IMG/VR virus record: IMGVR_UViG_3300049983_000006
Span: 1-54,917 of that record
Strand: one strand, 5' to 3'
DNA: 54,917 nucleotides
Source: a virus
Lineage: Duplodnaviria > Caudoviricetes
Under the pieces are notes generated by a model. It saw only the letters and a program-made list of their open reading frames with translations, was not told the origin of the DNA and did not search any database. Shown piece by piece: positions 44,351-53,372 of the stretch. Positions within the stretch are counted from its first letter, which is position 1. Each line of letters starts with the position of its first letter. A program made the position numbers and the translations under genes.

Positions 44351-45278
44351 GGTCGGTTCCTCCGGCAGGCTCCAGAGAACTCATCCGCTTGATGAGGTCG
44401 AGAGCCGAGTCGAGGAGCGCCGTCTGGGTCGGCTGGAACTTCTCGCCGAACTTCTCTTGGTAGATCGGCTTCAGCTTCCGGTACACCGCGCCGTAGACCC
44501 CGGGGCGCCAGGCAGCGGCAGCGACGGCGTCAGCGTCAGCGACGGCGACAGCGACGGCGGCAGCGTCAGCGACGGCGGCAGCGTCAGCGACGGCGTCAGC
44601 GACGGCGACAGCGACGGCGACAGCGACGGCGGCAGCGACGGCGTCAGCGTCAGCGACGGCGACAGCGACGGCGGCAGCGACGGCGGCAGCGTCAGCGACG
44701 GCGGCAGCGTCAGCGACGGCGTCAGCGACGGCGACAGGCTTCGTGATGCCCCGCTTTTTCAGCTCAGCCTTGACCGTCTCGGTCAGCTTCTCTTTCCACG
44801 CCCGGCGCCTCTCCCAAGCCTCGTCGCGGATCTTGTAGATGAGGGGCCGGGCCTCACCGAAGGACTCGGCCGTCATCTCAGGGAATGCGCGGAGCTGAGC
44901 GGGTGCCTCCTCGACGCCGGCCAGCTCCAACCAAGTCGGCAGGGCAACTCGGACCGACCAGTCGGTGATCATCCAAGCGCGGTCCTCGTCTCGACCGTCC
45001 CCTGCGGTTCCGATGTCATCGAAGCTCGTGTCTTTCAGCTTTTGCCGAAGATCAACGGGGAGAGCATCGTTCAGTCGTCGCTTAAAGGCGCTGATCACGG
45101 GGGAGCAGTCTTCGGGACTGTCACCCCAGGGAAGACCTAGAACCCAAGAGCGAATCTCCCGCTCACACCCTTCGGGATGGGTGCAATCAGGGGCAGGCGC
45201 GGGGTGTTCCCCCGACTGCAACTTGATCTCGGGGAGCAGCGCCAGGCGCTCGGGGAGGGGTTTCAGGGTTGCAGGCAT
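44340..45278 (-). CDS. Alanine-rich repeat phage protein
   Basis: DCSPVI...RLND...DW.VRV..P.WL N-terminal domain followed by an AVADA repeat tract. Confidence 0.75.
   Translation of the reverse strand: MPATLKPLPERLALLPEIKLQSGEHPAPAPDCTHPEGCEREIRSWVLGLPWGDSPEDCSPVISAFKRRLNDALPVDLRQKLKDTSFDDIGTAGDGRDEDRAWMITDWSVRVALPTWLELAGVEEAPAQLRAFPEMTAESFGEARPLIYKIRDEAWERRRAWKEKLTETVKAELKKRGITKPVAVADAVADAAAVADAAAVAAAVAVAVADADAVAAAVAVAVAVAVADAVADAAAVADAAAVAVAVADADAVAAAAWRPGVYGAVYRKLKPIYQEKFGEKFQPTQTALLDSALDLIKRMSSLEPAGGTDHAN
44513..44734. repeat. Tandem GCCGTCGCT(GAC)-type repeat encoding Ala/Val/Asp
   Basis: Directly visible reiterated gcgacggc/gcgtca units. Confidence 0.9.
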
Positions 45279-45583
45279 TGAGCCGTTCCTTCCGGGGCAG
45301 CCGATGCCGCCTCCTCAGTGGTTTGTTGAGTTGAAGAGGGGGAGTCGATGATCTGGAGGTCGGGGCAGCGCCAGACATCCGGTGCGCGCTCAAGCTCAGC
45401 GATGACTAGGAAGCTGTGTGCCCCTTTGCGGCGGATGTAGAGACGAGGCACGTACGGACCCCAGCCGGAGAGGAAGCGGCTGATCACGCCCTCCCCTCGC
45501 CGGTCGTGCTTTACCGGCGTGCCCACAGCCAGCAGCCGCCCACCTTCGCTACCTACGGAGTCGTAGACCTTGGGGGTGTTCAT
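45263..45583 (-). CDS. Hypothetical protein (SH3-like)
   Basis: VGTPVKHDRRGEGVI pattern. Confidence 0.55.
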   Translation of the reverse strand: MNTPKVYDSVGSEGGRLLAVGTPVKHDRRGEGVISRFLSGWGPYVPRLYIRRKGAHSFLVIAELERAPDVWRCPDLQIIDSPSSTQQTTEEAASAAPEGTAQCLQP

Positions 45584-45623
45584 GCTGAGCTCCCCTCGAT
45601 CTCTGAGATCACATCTTCTACGG

Positions 45624-46205
45624 TCATCTGGTTAGAGCCCCCCCCCCTGAGATCCCCGGCTCTGAGGGGTCCGTCAACCGGGCCTGAGCCGGAGGCATGT
45701 GGACACCGGTCTCGGGCGCCCGCAGGATCACGAGGCAGCACCCGAAGGGCGGACGTTCATTCGGTTTGACGACGAGCTGACCAGGCCTCAGGAAGCGCAT
45801 CCGGCCGGACAGGAACTCGACCTCGAGAGTGCCAGCCCGACGGTACGGCTCGACCCAGCGCTGCCACCATCCCTGCTCGGTGCGGTTCGCCGGAAGCAAG
45901 AGGACCACGAGCTCAGCGCCCCCCCCGTGGGCCTTTTCAAGCCACGGTTCGATGTTGGAGTACGGCGGATTGCAGTAGACGCGCTCGCCGGTCCAGTCTT
46001 GGGCCAACCCGTCTTCCTCGACGGTGTAGAAGCGCGGGAGCTTGGCGTTCACCGGCGAGGCGGCGACGTCGATCGAGAAGTCGAAGCGCTTGTGCAGGGG
46101 GGCGAAGTCCTCCGGCGTCGTGGCGCGATCGTCGATGTGCGGACGCGGCCCGTGCCGATCCACCTGCTGGGGGTGGTTGCGAGCGTGAGATCCGACCAGG
46201 CTCAA
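45624..46205 (-). CDS. Phage DNA N6-adenine methyltransferase (Dam-type phage family)
   Basis: TP..F, IDVAAS, DGLAQDW, YCNPPYS, LLPANRTEQ.WW and GRMRF motifs. Confidence 0.92.
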   Translation of the reverse strand: MSLVGSHARNHPQQVDRHGPRPHIDDRATTPEDFAPLHKRFDFSIDVAASPVNAKLPRFYTVEEDGLAQDWTGERVYCNPPYSNIEPWLEKAHGGGAELVVLLLPANRTEQGWWQRWVEPYRRAGTLEVEFLSGRMRFLRPGQLVVKPNERPPFGCCLVILRAPETGVHMPPAQARLTDPSEPGISGGGALTR

Positions 46206-46870
46206 CTCGCCACCGCCTCAGGCCGTTTCGGGCACTTCCGCTCTAGCTCTACCTCAAGCCCCCAGTCCTCCGCGAACTCCAGAACATGACCCGGAAGCGC
46301 ATCGAAGGGCACGTACAACCGCGGGGTGGCGTTGGAATCGAAGCGAGGGTGGTGTCCGGTGCAGCCGAGGCGGGCGTTGCGGGGGTCCCATGCTGCGAGG
46401 TTGACCAGCTCTTCGCGCAAGTCCTGAGACATCGGGACGTTCCAGCCATCCCAGTAGTCCTCGACCTCGGCGCGGAGCAACATCGCCCCGACTGCCTTTT
46501 CCACCCGCTGCCGATTGATGATGTGGCAGCGCTCCAGCTTGTTCGTGCAGGGTCGATCCTCGTCGTCGAACTGGGCTAGCCAGCAGCCGTAGGGCTCGGC
46601 GCTCCGCACGGCCTCGGCCGCTTCGCGCTGGTCGACGCCAAGTGCGAAGCCTTCGGGCAGCCAAGCAGGGACGGCCGGAGTGCTGGGGCGTGGCGCTGCC
46701 CGTCGAGGGCGACGCTCTGCCGCACGCTTCGGGCTGACCCGAGCGAGGGGCTTGCTCCGCTGCAGTTCCTTCTCGTAGCGGAAGCGGCCGTGTCCGTCAG
46801 GGCACTCGCCCGGATGGCCTTGCGACATGCCGCGTTCCTCTACGCAGCCCTGGGGGCAGATGTAGCGCAT
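46202..46870 (-). CDS. HNH-like (His-Me finger) nuclease
   Basis: CW...C...ERCHII...DPRN...GCTGHH.RFD; start at 46870. Confidence 0.55.
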   Translation of the reverse strand: MRYICPQGCVEERGMSQGHPGECPDGHGRFRYEKELQRSKPLARVSPKRAAERRPRRAAPRPSTPAVPAWLPEGFALGVDQREAAEAVRSAEPYGCWLAQFDDEDRPCTNKLERCHIINRQRVEKAVGAMLLRAEVEDYWDGWNVPMSQDLREELVNLAAWDPRNARLGCTGHHPRFDSNATPRLYVPFDALPGHVLEFAEDWGLEVELERKCPKRPEAVAS

Positions 46871-47199
46871 CAGGCCCTCACCGCCTTGCCGATCCCACGG
46901 GCCTTCTCCCACTCGCCGACGCCCTTAGCGATGAGGTGGCGCTGGCGCTCGGTCAGCTCGCCGAGGAAGCGGCCCTCGTTGGCATCGGCGGCGGACATGA
47001 TCCGCCTGAACTTCTGGCTGGGGAAGCGGTGGTGCGCCAGCACGATGTCCGCGACGGGCATCCGCTCCAAGCAGGACGGGACCTCGGCTCGGAGCAGATC
47101 GGCGACGGAGACCTCGTCGGCTTTGATCTGGCGCTTCAGCTCGTAGCGCTTCAGGCGGACCTGGTTGGCCACGGCAAGGGCTTGAAGGTGCTGGCTCAT
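46870..47199 (-). CDS. Actinobacterial integration host factor (mIHF/sIHF, H2TH)-like DNA-binding protein
   Basis: QALAVAN.VR.KR.ELKRQIK...VADLL...M.VADIV...RRIM...R.LGELTERQR parallels mIHF. Confidence 0.7.
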   Translation of the reverse strand: MSQHLQALAVANQVRLKRYELKRQIKADEVSVADLLRAEVPSCLERMPVADIVLAHHRFPSQKFRRIMSAADANEGRFLGELTERQRHLIAKGVGEWEKARGIGKAVRA

Positions 47200-47939
47200 A
47201 CCTCACCACCGCCCGAAACTCGCCAGTCCGGTCCCTCGACCTTTACCACTCGGCAGTAGCCAGCAAGCCGGCTCATCAATGGCTCCCCGTACCGCTTGCC
47301 GATCTCCGAGGGCGTCAGGTTGGTCGTCACCAAGAGCGGCGCGCCGGCTTGTTCCCGGGCATCGACGGCAGCAAAGATCTGTTCGATGCCGAAGTCCGTC
47401 GGCCGCCCCTTGTCGAGGTCGTCGAGGACAACCGCGCCGCTCCCAGACAGCACGTGCAGGGCGGCAGCGCGGGACTCATCGTTAAAGCTCGCACCGAGCT
47501 TTGCCATCGCCCGGGCAACGGAGAGGTAGGCGCAGCTCGACTCCGATAGACGGGTCCAACAGGCTGCGGTTGCCAGGCGAGTCTTCCCGCGGCCGGTGGG
47601 GCCGGTGAGCATCAGGCCACCAGATTCTTTCGTCCCTGCCCACTCCCGCAACGCGGCGAGCGCGTTCTGCTGGCCGTTGCGAACCTGGAGGTCGTCGAGC
47701 CCGAAGCCGCGCAGCTTCACGGGCAGGCCGCAACGCTCCTCCCGTTGGGCGCGCTCAACGGCGCGCTCCGCGGCAGCTTCTTCGGCCAACGCCTTGTTAA
47801 TACACGCGTCGCACTTCGGCGAGCGCTTCATCATGCCCCTGACCCAGCGAGCCCCGACCGAGTCGCCTTTGGGCATCGTTAACCTCAGCTCAGCGCCGCA
47901 TCCGATGCAGCTCGTCTCCAAGGTAGCCGTCGCGTTCAC
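47196..47939 (-). CDS. DnaC/IstB-like ATPase (helicase loader)
   Basis: CxxC...CxxC, GPTGRGKT, VVLDDL, LVTTN and SRL motifs; GTG at 47939. Confidence 0.92.
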   Translation of the reverse strand: MNATATLETSCIGCGAELRLTMPKGDSVGARWVRGMMKRSPKCDACINKALAEEAAAERAVERAQREERCGLPVKLRGFGLDDLQVRNGQQNALAALREWAGTKESGGLMLTGPTGRGKTRLATAACWTRLSESSCAYLSVARAMAKLGASFNDESRAAALHVLSGSGAVVLDDLDKGRPTDFGIEQIFAAVDAREQAGAPLLVTTNLTPSEIGKRYGEPLMSRLAGYCRVVKVEGPDWRVSGGGEV

Positions 47940-48682
47940 GCCGCCGGCTCCATGACCGCGTCGTAGTCGGAGAAGTCCTCGGTGGTTGCATCCTGGCCTT
48001 GTGGTCTGGACTGCGATCGCTCGAGCCACTGGCGCCACTTCCAACTGACGTCATCGAGAGCCCGCTTCTCACCGGGCCCGTCGATCCAGTAGTGGGCAAA
48101 CTTCTCTGCCTCTTCGGTCAGATCAAGGTGGGAGAACGACTCGCAAGCTCGGTCAGTCGCCTCGACCTTCGGAGACGACACACCGCGGGCAAATGCAACT
48201 CGATCCAGAAGCGCGAAGATGTTCTGGTGCTGCGCGCCCGCCCCTGCGGGCGCTTCACCTTCCTCTTCCTTATCCCTTTCCACTTCCCTTTCCGGGTCGG
48301 AGGGCTCCGGTACTACTACGGGACTGTTACGGGAATCAATGGAATCGGCTTGAGGAGGGGGAATCTCGGAGGGTCGAGGCTTATTGATGACCTGGTGCTT
48401 ACGGAAGTTCACGCATTGAATGAACGGCTCGCCCTCGGCCTCATAACGGATGATTAGACCAGCGTCGGAGAGTTCCCCTAACCACTCCCGTAGGAGTACG
48501 GGAGTCACGTCTTCGTCTTCAGGGAAGACCTCGCCGATGATCCACTGGATGAGTTCCTGAAGTCTGCCGTCATCATCGGCGAGGTTCCACAGATGGATAT
48601 TCAGCAGTCGCGCATCTCGCGAGACCGAGCGAACCTTCCGGTGTTTCGGATAGCTGGGCTTCACCGTTCTGATCCGCGGCAC
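47936..48682 (-). CDS. Phage replication initiator
   Basis: MPRIRTVKP...W.LADDDGR...GLIIRY...NFRKHQ.INKP; directly upstream of the DnaC-like gene. Confidence 0.85.
   Translation of the reverse strand: MPRIRTVKPSYPKHRKVRSVSRDARLLNIHLWNLADDDGRLQELIQWIIGEVFPEDEDVTPVLLREWLGELSDAGLIIRYEAEGEPFIQCVNFRKHQVINKPRPSEIPPPQADSIDSRNSPVVVPEPSDPEREVERDKEEEGEAPAGAGAQHQNIFALLDRVAFARGVSSPKVEATDRACESFSHLDLTEEAEKFAHYWIDGPGEKRALDDVSWKWRQWLERSQSRPQGQDATTEDFSDYDAVMEPAA
48305..48505. promoter_or_regulatory. Candidate replication origin iterons
   Basis: ACTCCCGTA-N4-TACGGGAGT (48484-48505), TCCGGTA-N4-TACGGGA (48306-48323) and a third TACGGGA at 48328, all within the initiator gene. Confidence 0.45.
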
Positions 48683-49042
48683 CTACGCCGCCCTCTGACT
48701 GGTCTCGAGAACCTCAGCGATGCGAGCCCGAACCCCATCGGACCCGCCGTTCTCCCCGATCAGATGCTCGGCAACCGTGATCGCGGCAGCGATGGTCGGG
48801 GACCGCCATGCGTAATTCCCTATCGCAAGGCCGGTGACCGGCTCGGTGACCGTCCAATAGGACTTGCTGAACTTCGGAGTCGCTGAGCCAATTTCCGCCT
48901 CATTCGGGACCGGGGAGAGCGCGCGGTGGACCACCATGTCGATTCCGGCCACATGGCACGCGTAGCCCTCAACTTCAAGGCGTGGGCCAGCATCCACATA
49001 GACACAAGGCGGCAGCGCGATCGATACCTTCTTCCGCTCCAT
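48683..49042 (-). CDS. Hypothetical protein
   Basis: 119-aa ORF abutting both neighbours; WTVTEPVTG motif. Confidence 0.65.
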   Translation of the reverse strand: MERKKVSIALPPCVYVDAGPRLEVEGYACHVAGIDMVVHRALSPVPNEAEIGSATPKFSKSYWTVTEPVTGLAIGNYAWRSPTIAAAITVAEHLIGENGGSDGVRARIAEVLETSQRAA

Positions 49043-49957
49043 CTACGCAGCCCAGCTCTCTGGATCAGGCTCAGGGAGTAAGGACAAAGGGGCGGGCTCC
49101 CCAGGGGTCGCATCGACTGGCTCCGCCATTGACATCGGAGCCTGGCCCCGACCCCCGGGGATCTCCTCACCCGAATGGACACCGCCGGCATGCTCCTTCG
49201 CTGCAGAGGCTCGGGCAACGGTGTCCACTCCGGCGAGTGGTTTGTCGGGCGAAGCGGTGCTGGTGTCGGAAGGGTCGACGAACCCCGGTGCCCGGTCTTC
49301 ACCAGCACCGCTACCGGGACCAGTCAGCCCGGCTTCGCCCGAACCAGCGCTAACGGGAGGTGCCGAGGTGAAAGATGAGACCTCGGCGGTGCTTCGCTCA
49401 GAAGAGCCTCCATGCCCGTCCCCACGGGTGTCAGCGCTGGTTCCGGCGATCTCCTTCTGGAGGTCGGCAACCAGACCGGGCAGCTCCGCCCGGCCCTTTG
49501 CAGTGATTTTGTAGATCCAAGCTTTGCGGGCGTTGGCTGCCGCGTGGGCGACTTTGCGAAGCACGCCCGTGGACTGCATGTAGCCCCGGGCGCGCACTGC
49601 GTTGATCAGCGTCCCCTTTACTTCGGAGGCGATCGGAGGCACTTCGAGGGCGTCCAGATCATCCGTGTGGAAGTAGCCCGTGGAGAGCAGGGTTCGGTGG
49701 ACCTGGATTTCCATGACGAGACGCCAGCGGTCCCGCTCCTTCGATTCGGATTGGAGAATGCGGGCCTCGTCTACGGACCTGACATTGCCTCCGCGGCTTC
49801 CTACGCCTCCGCTGACGGGCGTTAAGTGCTTATCCGTAGCCGTGCCGCTCCGGCGCTGTTCGTTGTGCCAGGCGTTGTTGCAGTCCTTGCCGCAGAAACG
49901 GGCGTCTGCACGGTGGGTGATCAGGTGCTTGCCGCACTGGTCGCAGGTGCGGGTCAT
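49043..49957 (-). CDS. Zn-finger-containing hypothetical protein
   Basis: CDQCG...ARFCGKDC N-terminus; disordered C-terminus. Confidence 0.7.
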   Translation of the reverse strand: MTRTCDQCGKHLITHRADARFCGKDCNNAWHNEQRRSGTATDKHLTPVSGGVGSRGGNVRSVDEARILQSESKERDRWRLVMEIQVHRTLLSTGYFHTDDLDALEVPPIASEVKGTLINAVRARGYMQSTGVLRKVAHAAANARKAWIYKITAKGRAELPGLVADLQKEIAGTSADTRGDGHGGSSERSTAEVSSFTSAPPVSAGSGEAGLTGPGSGAGEDRAPGFVDPSDTSTASPDKPLAGVDTVARASAAKEHAGGVHSGEEIPGGRGQAPMSMAEPVDATPGEPAPLSLLPEPDPESWAA

Positions 49958-50241
49958 TGTGCCCGTCTCCGCTTAGGGAGTACGCCCAGTCCGGGGAATG
50001 CGAACTCCAATTCGTTTTCGCCGCCGACCGTAAGTCGGTAAACATCGATTATTCCTTCGCGCGGCTTCCGCTCAATTGGCGGGAAGGTCTTGCGACTGAT
50101 TCTCTGCAGCCATGCTGCGGTCTGCTGCGCTGAACATTTGAAGCCACAGACTTGCAACATGTAGGCAACCTCGTCTGCACAGGTCCACTCGCGCGGGAAG
50201 CTAGCGACGATCAGAATGATCATCTTGTCCGTCGGCTTCAC
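49954..50241 (-). CDS. wHTH-like hypothetical protein
   Basis: GTG at 50241 by GTGA overlap; YRLTVGG motif. Confidence 0.55.
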   Translation of the reverse strand: MKPTDKMIILIVASFPREWTCADEVAYMLQVCGFKCSAQQTAAWLQRISRKTFPPIERKPREGIIDVYRLTVGGENELEFAFPGLGVLPKRRRAQ

Positions 50242-50441
50242 GCCGCCACCTCGGACCGCTCCTGCGACTCCAGCTTCCGGACCACCTGGCGAGACCGAAC
50301 CCAGCGCCAGGTCACCCAAGGCTCAACCGGCCTTACCTTCAGAGTCCCCGGCTTACCGAATGCCTCGACGGTTGCCTTGAAGGTGACGCCCTTGACGGAG
50401 CATTCGATGAGGTCACCCTTCTGGAGGAAGCGGGTCTCCAT
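50238..50441 (-). CDS. Small SH3-like protein
   Basis: LQKGDLIEC.VKG..FKA.V pattern; coupled. Confidence 0.6.
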   Translation of the reverse strand: METRFLQKGDLIECSVKGVTFKATVEAFGKPGTLKVRPVEPWVTWRWVRSRQVVRKLESQERSEVAA

Positions 50442-50728
50442 CAGTTGCCCAGCCCCTCGGAGGGTCCCGCCTGATTGCGGTAATCCCGCATCCCGACGAT
50501 CAGGGCGTTGACCTCCTGCTCACCCGTTCCCAGCGACTTCAGGAACTTGATCAGGCCAGCGTCCCGCTCAGCCTCAATGGCGGACTGGATGCAGCGGGTA
50601 CCCATCGCGATCGCCTCGGCCGGGGACATCTGACCGAAAGGCTGTTCGTTGACGAAGGTGGTGACGAAGGCTTTGCCCTCGACGGTAACCATGCCCTGCG
50701 TCTCGAAGACGCCACCCTTCGCCATCAC
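50441..50728 (-). CDS. Hypothetical protein
   Basis: Coupled 95-aa ORF. Confidence 0.65.
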   Translation of the reverse strand: MMAKGGVFETQGMVTVEGKAFVTTFVNEQPFGQMSPAEAIAMGTRCIQSAIEAERDAGLIKFLKSLGTGEQEVNALIVGMRDYRNQAGPSEGLGN

Positions 50729-50967
50729 CGCTCCACCGCCTTGAAGGTGTCGGCGCGCCCAGCCCCTTCAGCCGGGATCCGCTCGACCAGCTCGACGTCG
50801 CCCAGGACTCGAAGGTCGTAGAGAACCCCGGCGGTTTTCTGGTCGAGCTCGCTCGCGATCTCATCGACCGTTGCCGGCTCTATCCCGTCACAGAGGTAGT
50901 CGTAGATCTTCTTTCGGGAGTCGCTTTCTAGGGCGACGGTCTGGCGGGTATTGAAGTCGGTGGCCAT
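50725..50967 (-). CDS. ArsR-like wHTH protein
   Basis: SRKKIYDYL...ATVDEIASEL...VLYDLRVL...LVER; start at 50967. Confidence 0.7.
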   Translation of the reverse strand: MATDFNTRQTVALESDSRKKIYDYLCDGIEPATVDEIASELDQKTAGVLYDLRVLGDVELVERIPAEGAGRADTFKAVER

Positions 50968-51158
50968 CAGCCCCGTACCTCCCCAGCCCCACACAGGCAT
51001 CTGAAAGAAGCCGACTGAAGAGAGCACCCGCACTGAATCCCTGACGAACTATGGGCAGGTACGGGTTTAGGTCGAGGACCGAGCGCCCATGCTTCAAGAG
51101 CACGCTCTGCCTCAAGGTCGACGGGCCAGTAGCCGTTGCTCTTAGGACCGAGGGCCAC
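50967..51158 (-). CDS. Small Cys-rich hypothetical protein
   Basis: H...CGC...CLC; coupled by TGATG. Confidence 0.45.
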   Translation of the reverse strand: MALGPKSNGYWPVDLEAERALEAWALGPRPKPVPAHSSSGIQCGCSLQSASFRCLCGAGEVRG

Positions 51159-51915
51159 GGCTCACCCCCGTCTCTTTGAGCCATATGCGGACGCCCGGGA
51201 TGGCCTGCAGGTTCACGTCACGGTCCTGGGCCTTGGCCAAGGACTTCTCCGCCTTCGCCGCGGCGTCGATCGACTTCTTGTTGAAGGTCAGGTGCTGTGG
51301 TTCCAGCTTGGAGAGATCGGTGACCTCCCATTCGATGGTGGTGCTGGTGCCAAAGGCGGCGATATCGCCGCGAAGCTGTTTCGGATGGACCTTCTGGGCG
51401 GGCTCGGCGACCGCTGCCTTTGCGGCTTCGCTGTGAGCCTCAGCAGCCGCACGCTGGGCCTCGGAGTTCTGCTGTTCAGCTTCGGCTTTCCGAGCTGCCT
51501 CCGCTGCAGCCGCGGCCTTCTCTTCGGCCTCTTTGTGGAGGCGATCGCGCTCTGCCTTTTCCTCGGCTTCACGTTCACGCCGCGCGCGCTGGATGAAGCG
51601 GACGCCCTTTGCGTCGAGTGCGGCGATAGCAGCGTCGACCGGGGAGAGCACCTCTTTGTAGTGACCGTCGATGTGCTTGCCGGTCTGTTCGTATGGCGCT
51701 TTGACTTTTTTGCGGCCTTCGTCCGCCGCCTTCTTCACGTCCTTCAAAGCCTTGAGGGCATCGGCGCCTGCGTTGGCCTCGCCACGGTCTCTGTAGTCGG
51801 ACGACTGGCCGAATCGACGGGCGCGGATCAGGGCCGCCTCAACGTCCCGTTTGTCGCCGAGGAACTGCTTCTCCTCCCGTACGTCGAGGAGGGGTTTGAC
51901 CTGATCGCTAGACAC
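51142..51915 (-). CDS. Coiled-coil protein of the recombination module
   Basis: GTG at 51915; long Ala/Glu/Lys coil and C-terminal AIPGVRI; follows ERF. Confidence 0.7.
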   Translation of the reverse strand: MSSDQVKPLLDVREEKQFLGDKRDVEAALIRARRFGQSSDYRDRGEANAGADALKALKDVKKAADEGRKKVKAPYEQTGKHIDGHYKEVLSPVDAAIAALDAKGVRFIQRARREREAEEKAERDRLHKEAEEKAAAAAEAARKAEAEQQNSEAQRAAAEAHSEAAKAAVAEPAQKVHPKQLRGDIAAFGTSTTIEWEVTDLSKLEPQHLTFNKKSIDAAAKAEKSLAKAQDRDVNLQAIPGVRIWLKETGVSRGPRS

Positions 51916-52510
51916 TGGCCGGCTCCCTCTCCTCATCGAGTGCGGGCGGGGTGCGATCCTCGGGCCGCTCCCACACGGCGGGCGGGTGGTCAGACTTCGG
52001 AAGTGGCCGCTCGTGTCGAGCCGGAGATGCTTGTGGTGCCTCGGCGGCGCGGTCCTGCTCGTCAGCGATCCGCTGCGCCTCCGGGCTAGGAGCTTCTGCC
52101 GGCGGCGCGGGCTCAGCCTCCGGGTCGGTTCCGAATGGAATCCCGAGCAGCTTTGCGAGGAAGTACTTTTCGCAGCCGGTCTGAGCCTTGAAAATGGCCT
52201 TGTCACCAGGAGCGTCATGGCCGGTACCGGACCAGCGGCGCTTCAGCGTTTCATCGCCTTTGGTGTCGATGACCTCGAACTCCATGACGACCACTGCGAT
52301 CGCGAACCCCTGCTGGCTGAAGTGAAGCTTCTCCTGCACCACCTGGGGGACGATCAGGATGTTCTTCTTCTCCAACTGCTTGGACGCCTCGGCAAGCACG
52401 TCCTCGAAGCGGGCGAAGTAGTAGTCGCCGCTCTCGCTCTGGCCCTTCTTGTCGACGGCCTCGGCTGCTTTGCGGGCGAGGAAGAGCTTGCGGTAGAGGG
52501 ACTCGCTCAC
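51908..52510 (-). CDS. erf: ERF-family ssDNA-annealing protein
   Basis: VDKKG...YYFA...DVL and DKAIFKAQTG.EKYFL...LGIP motifs. Confidence 0.85.
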   Translation of the reverse strand: MSESLYRKLFLARKAAEAVDKKGQSESGDYYFARFEDVLAEASKQLEKKNILIVPQVVQEKLHFSQQGFAIAVVVMEFEVIDTKGDETLKRRWSGTGHDAPGDKAIFKAQTGCEKYFLAKLLGIPFGTDPEAEPAPPAEAPSPEAQRIADEQDRAAEAPQASPARHERPLPKSDHPPAVWERPEDRTPPALDEEREPASV

Positions 52511-52863
52511 GACTCCAGCCTCCGCAGCGCCTCAGCCGCCTCATCGACCGCAGCGAGAGCTTTGCTCGCTGCCATGTTCAGCTCGGCCATGCCCTCTTGC
52601 TCGCGGTTGGCGTCGGAGAGCCTCGACGCTTCGACCATCTTCTCCCTGGCGCAACCACAATCCGACTCCAGGACTCGCCGTAGTTCGGGGTCAAGAGGGA
52701 CGGATGGCGCCGGCGCAATCGCCTCGCCGAGCGCCTCGATCTCCTTCCACATCGCGACCTCTTGGAGGTGGCCATTGTCTGCCGCCTCCAGGGCCTCGGC
52801 GCGATCCCGTTCGCGGATCATCTCCCCGATCGGTCGCGGCTCTCGTCGGTGTGCAAAGGCCAT
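52507..52863 (-). CDS. Hypothetical protein
   Basis: Coupled 118-aa ORF with AGGAGG RBS. Confidence 0.6.
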   Translation of the reverse strand: MAFAHRREPRPIGEMIRERDRAEALEAADNGHLQEVAMWKEIEALGEAIAPAPSVPLDPELRRVLESDCGCAREKMVEASRLSDANREQEGMAELNMAASKALAAVDEAAEALRRLES

Positions 52864-53136
52864 CTACCCAGCCCTCCTGAGGAGTTCGTTTTCTTCGCGG
52901 GCTTCCCGGCGAAGTTCGTGCTCATTGCGTGCTGCAGCAAGGTCGATGTGGGGCTCGCGAGGAAGCTGGATGCGCGGCGGTTCTTGGACCGGGTAGCGCC
53001 TGCCGTTACGGGTCGTCCACTTGTAGGCGACGACGCAGAGAAGGACGAACAGCAGCGAGCAGGTAACAGTGATCGCCATGAAGGCAAAGAGGTACTCCCG
53101 CGGGGAGTTGATGAACAGGAAGGCGAGCGAGGTCAC
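52864..53136 (-). CDS. Single-TM membrane protein
   Basis: Hydrophobic N-terminal half; AAGGAGG RBS. Confidence 0.65.
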   Translation of the reverse strand: MTSLAFLFINSPREYLFAFMAITVTCSLLFVLLCVVAYKWTTRNGRRYPVQEPPRIQLPREPHIDLAAARNEHELRREAREENELLRRAG

Positions 53137-53372
53137 GACGGTCCAACCTCCTTAGCCCAGTACGCGATGAAGTCAGGAACCGCCATCCGATTGTCCAACG
53201 GTCCGGGAAACGGCATCCGGGCAGCGAGCATGTAGGCGAGGAACTCGCCGCGAGCGGCGTCTTCCCAGTCGAGATGACCAAGGGCGCGGGCGACCGCTAC
53301 TTCAACCTGATGCGGACGCAAGAGCGTCACGCCCTCAATCCGGCCGTCCTCTTCCACCACCACTGGGGCCAC
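53133..53372 (-). CDS. Hypothetical protein
   Basis: 79-aa ORF abutting both neighbours. Confidence 0.55.
   Translation of the reverse strand: MAPVVVEEDGRIEGVTLLRPHQVEVAVARALGHLDWEDAARGEFLAYMLAARMPFPGPLDNRMAVPDFIAYWAKEVGPS

Noticed and set aside
44513-44734. Diversity-generating retroelement or CRISPR-like repeat
   Set aside because: No reverse transcriptase or TR/VR pair is present; it is a simple coding tandem repeat.
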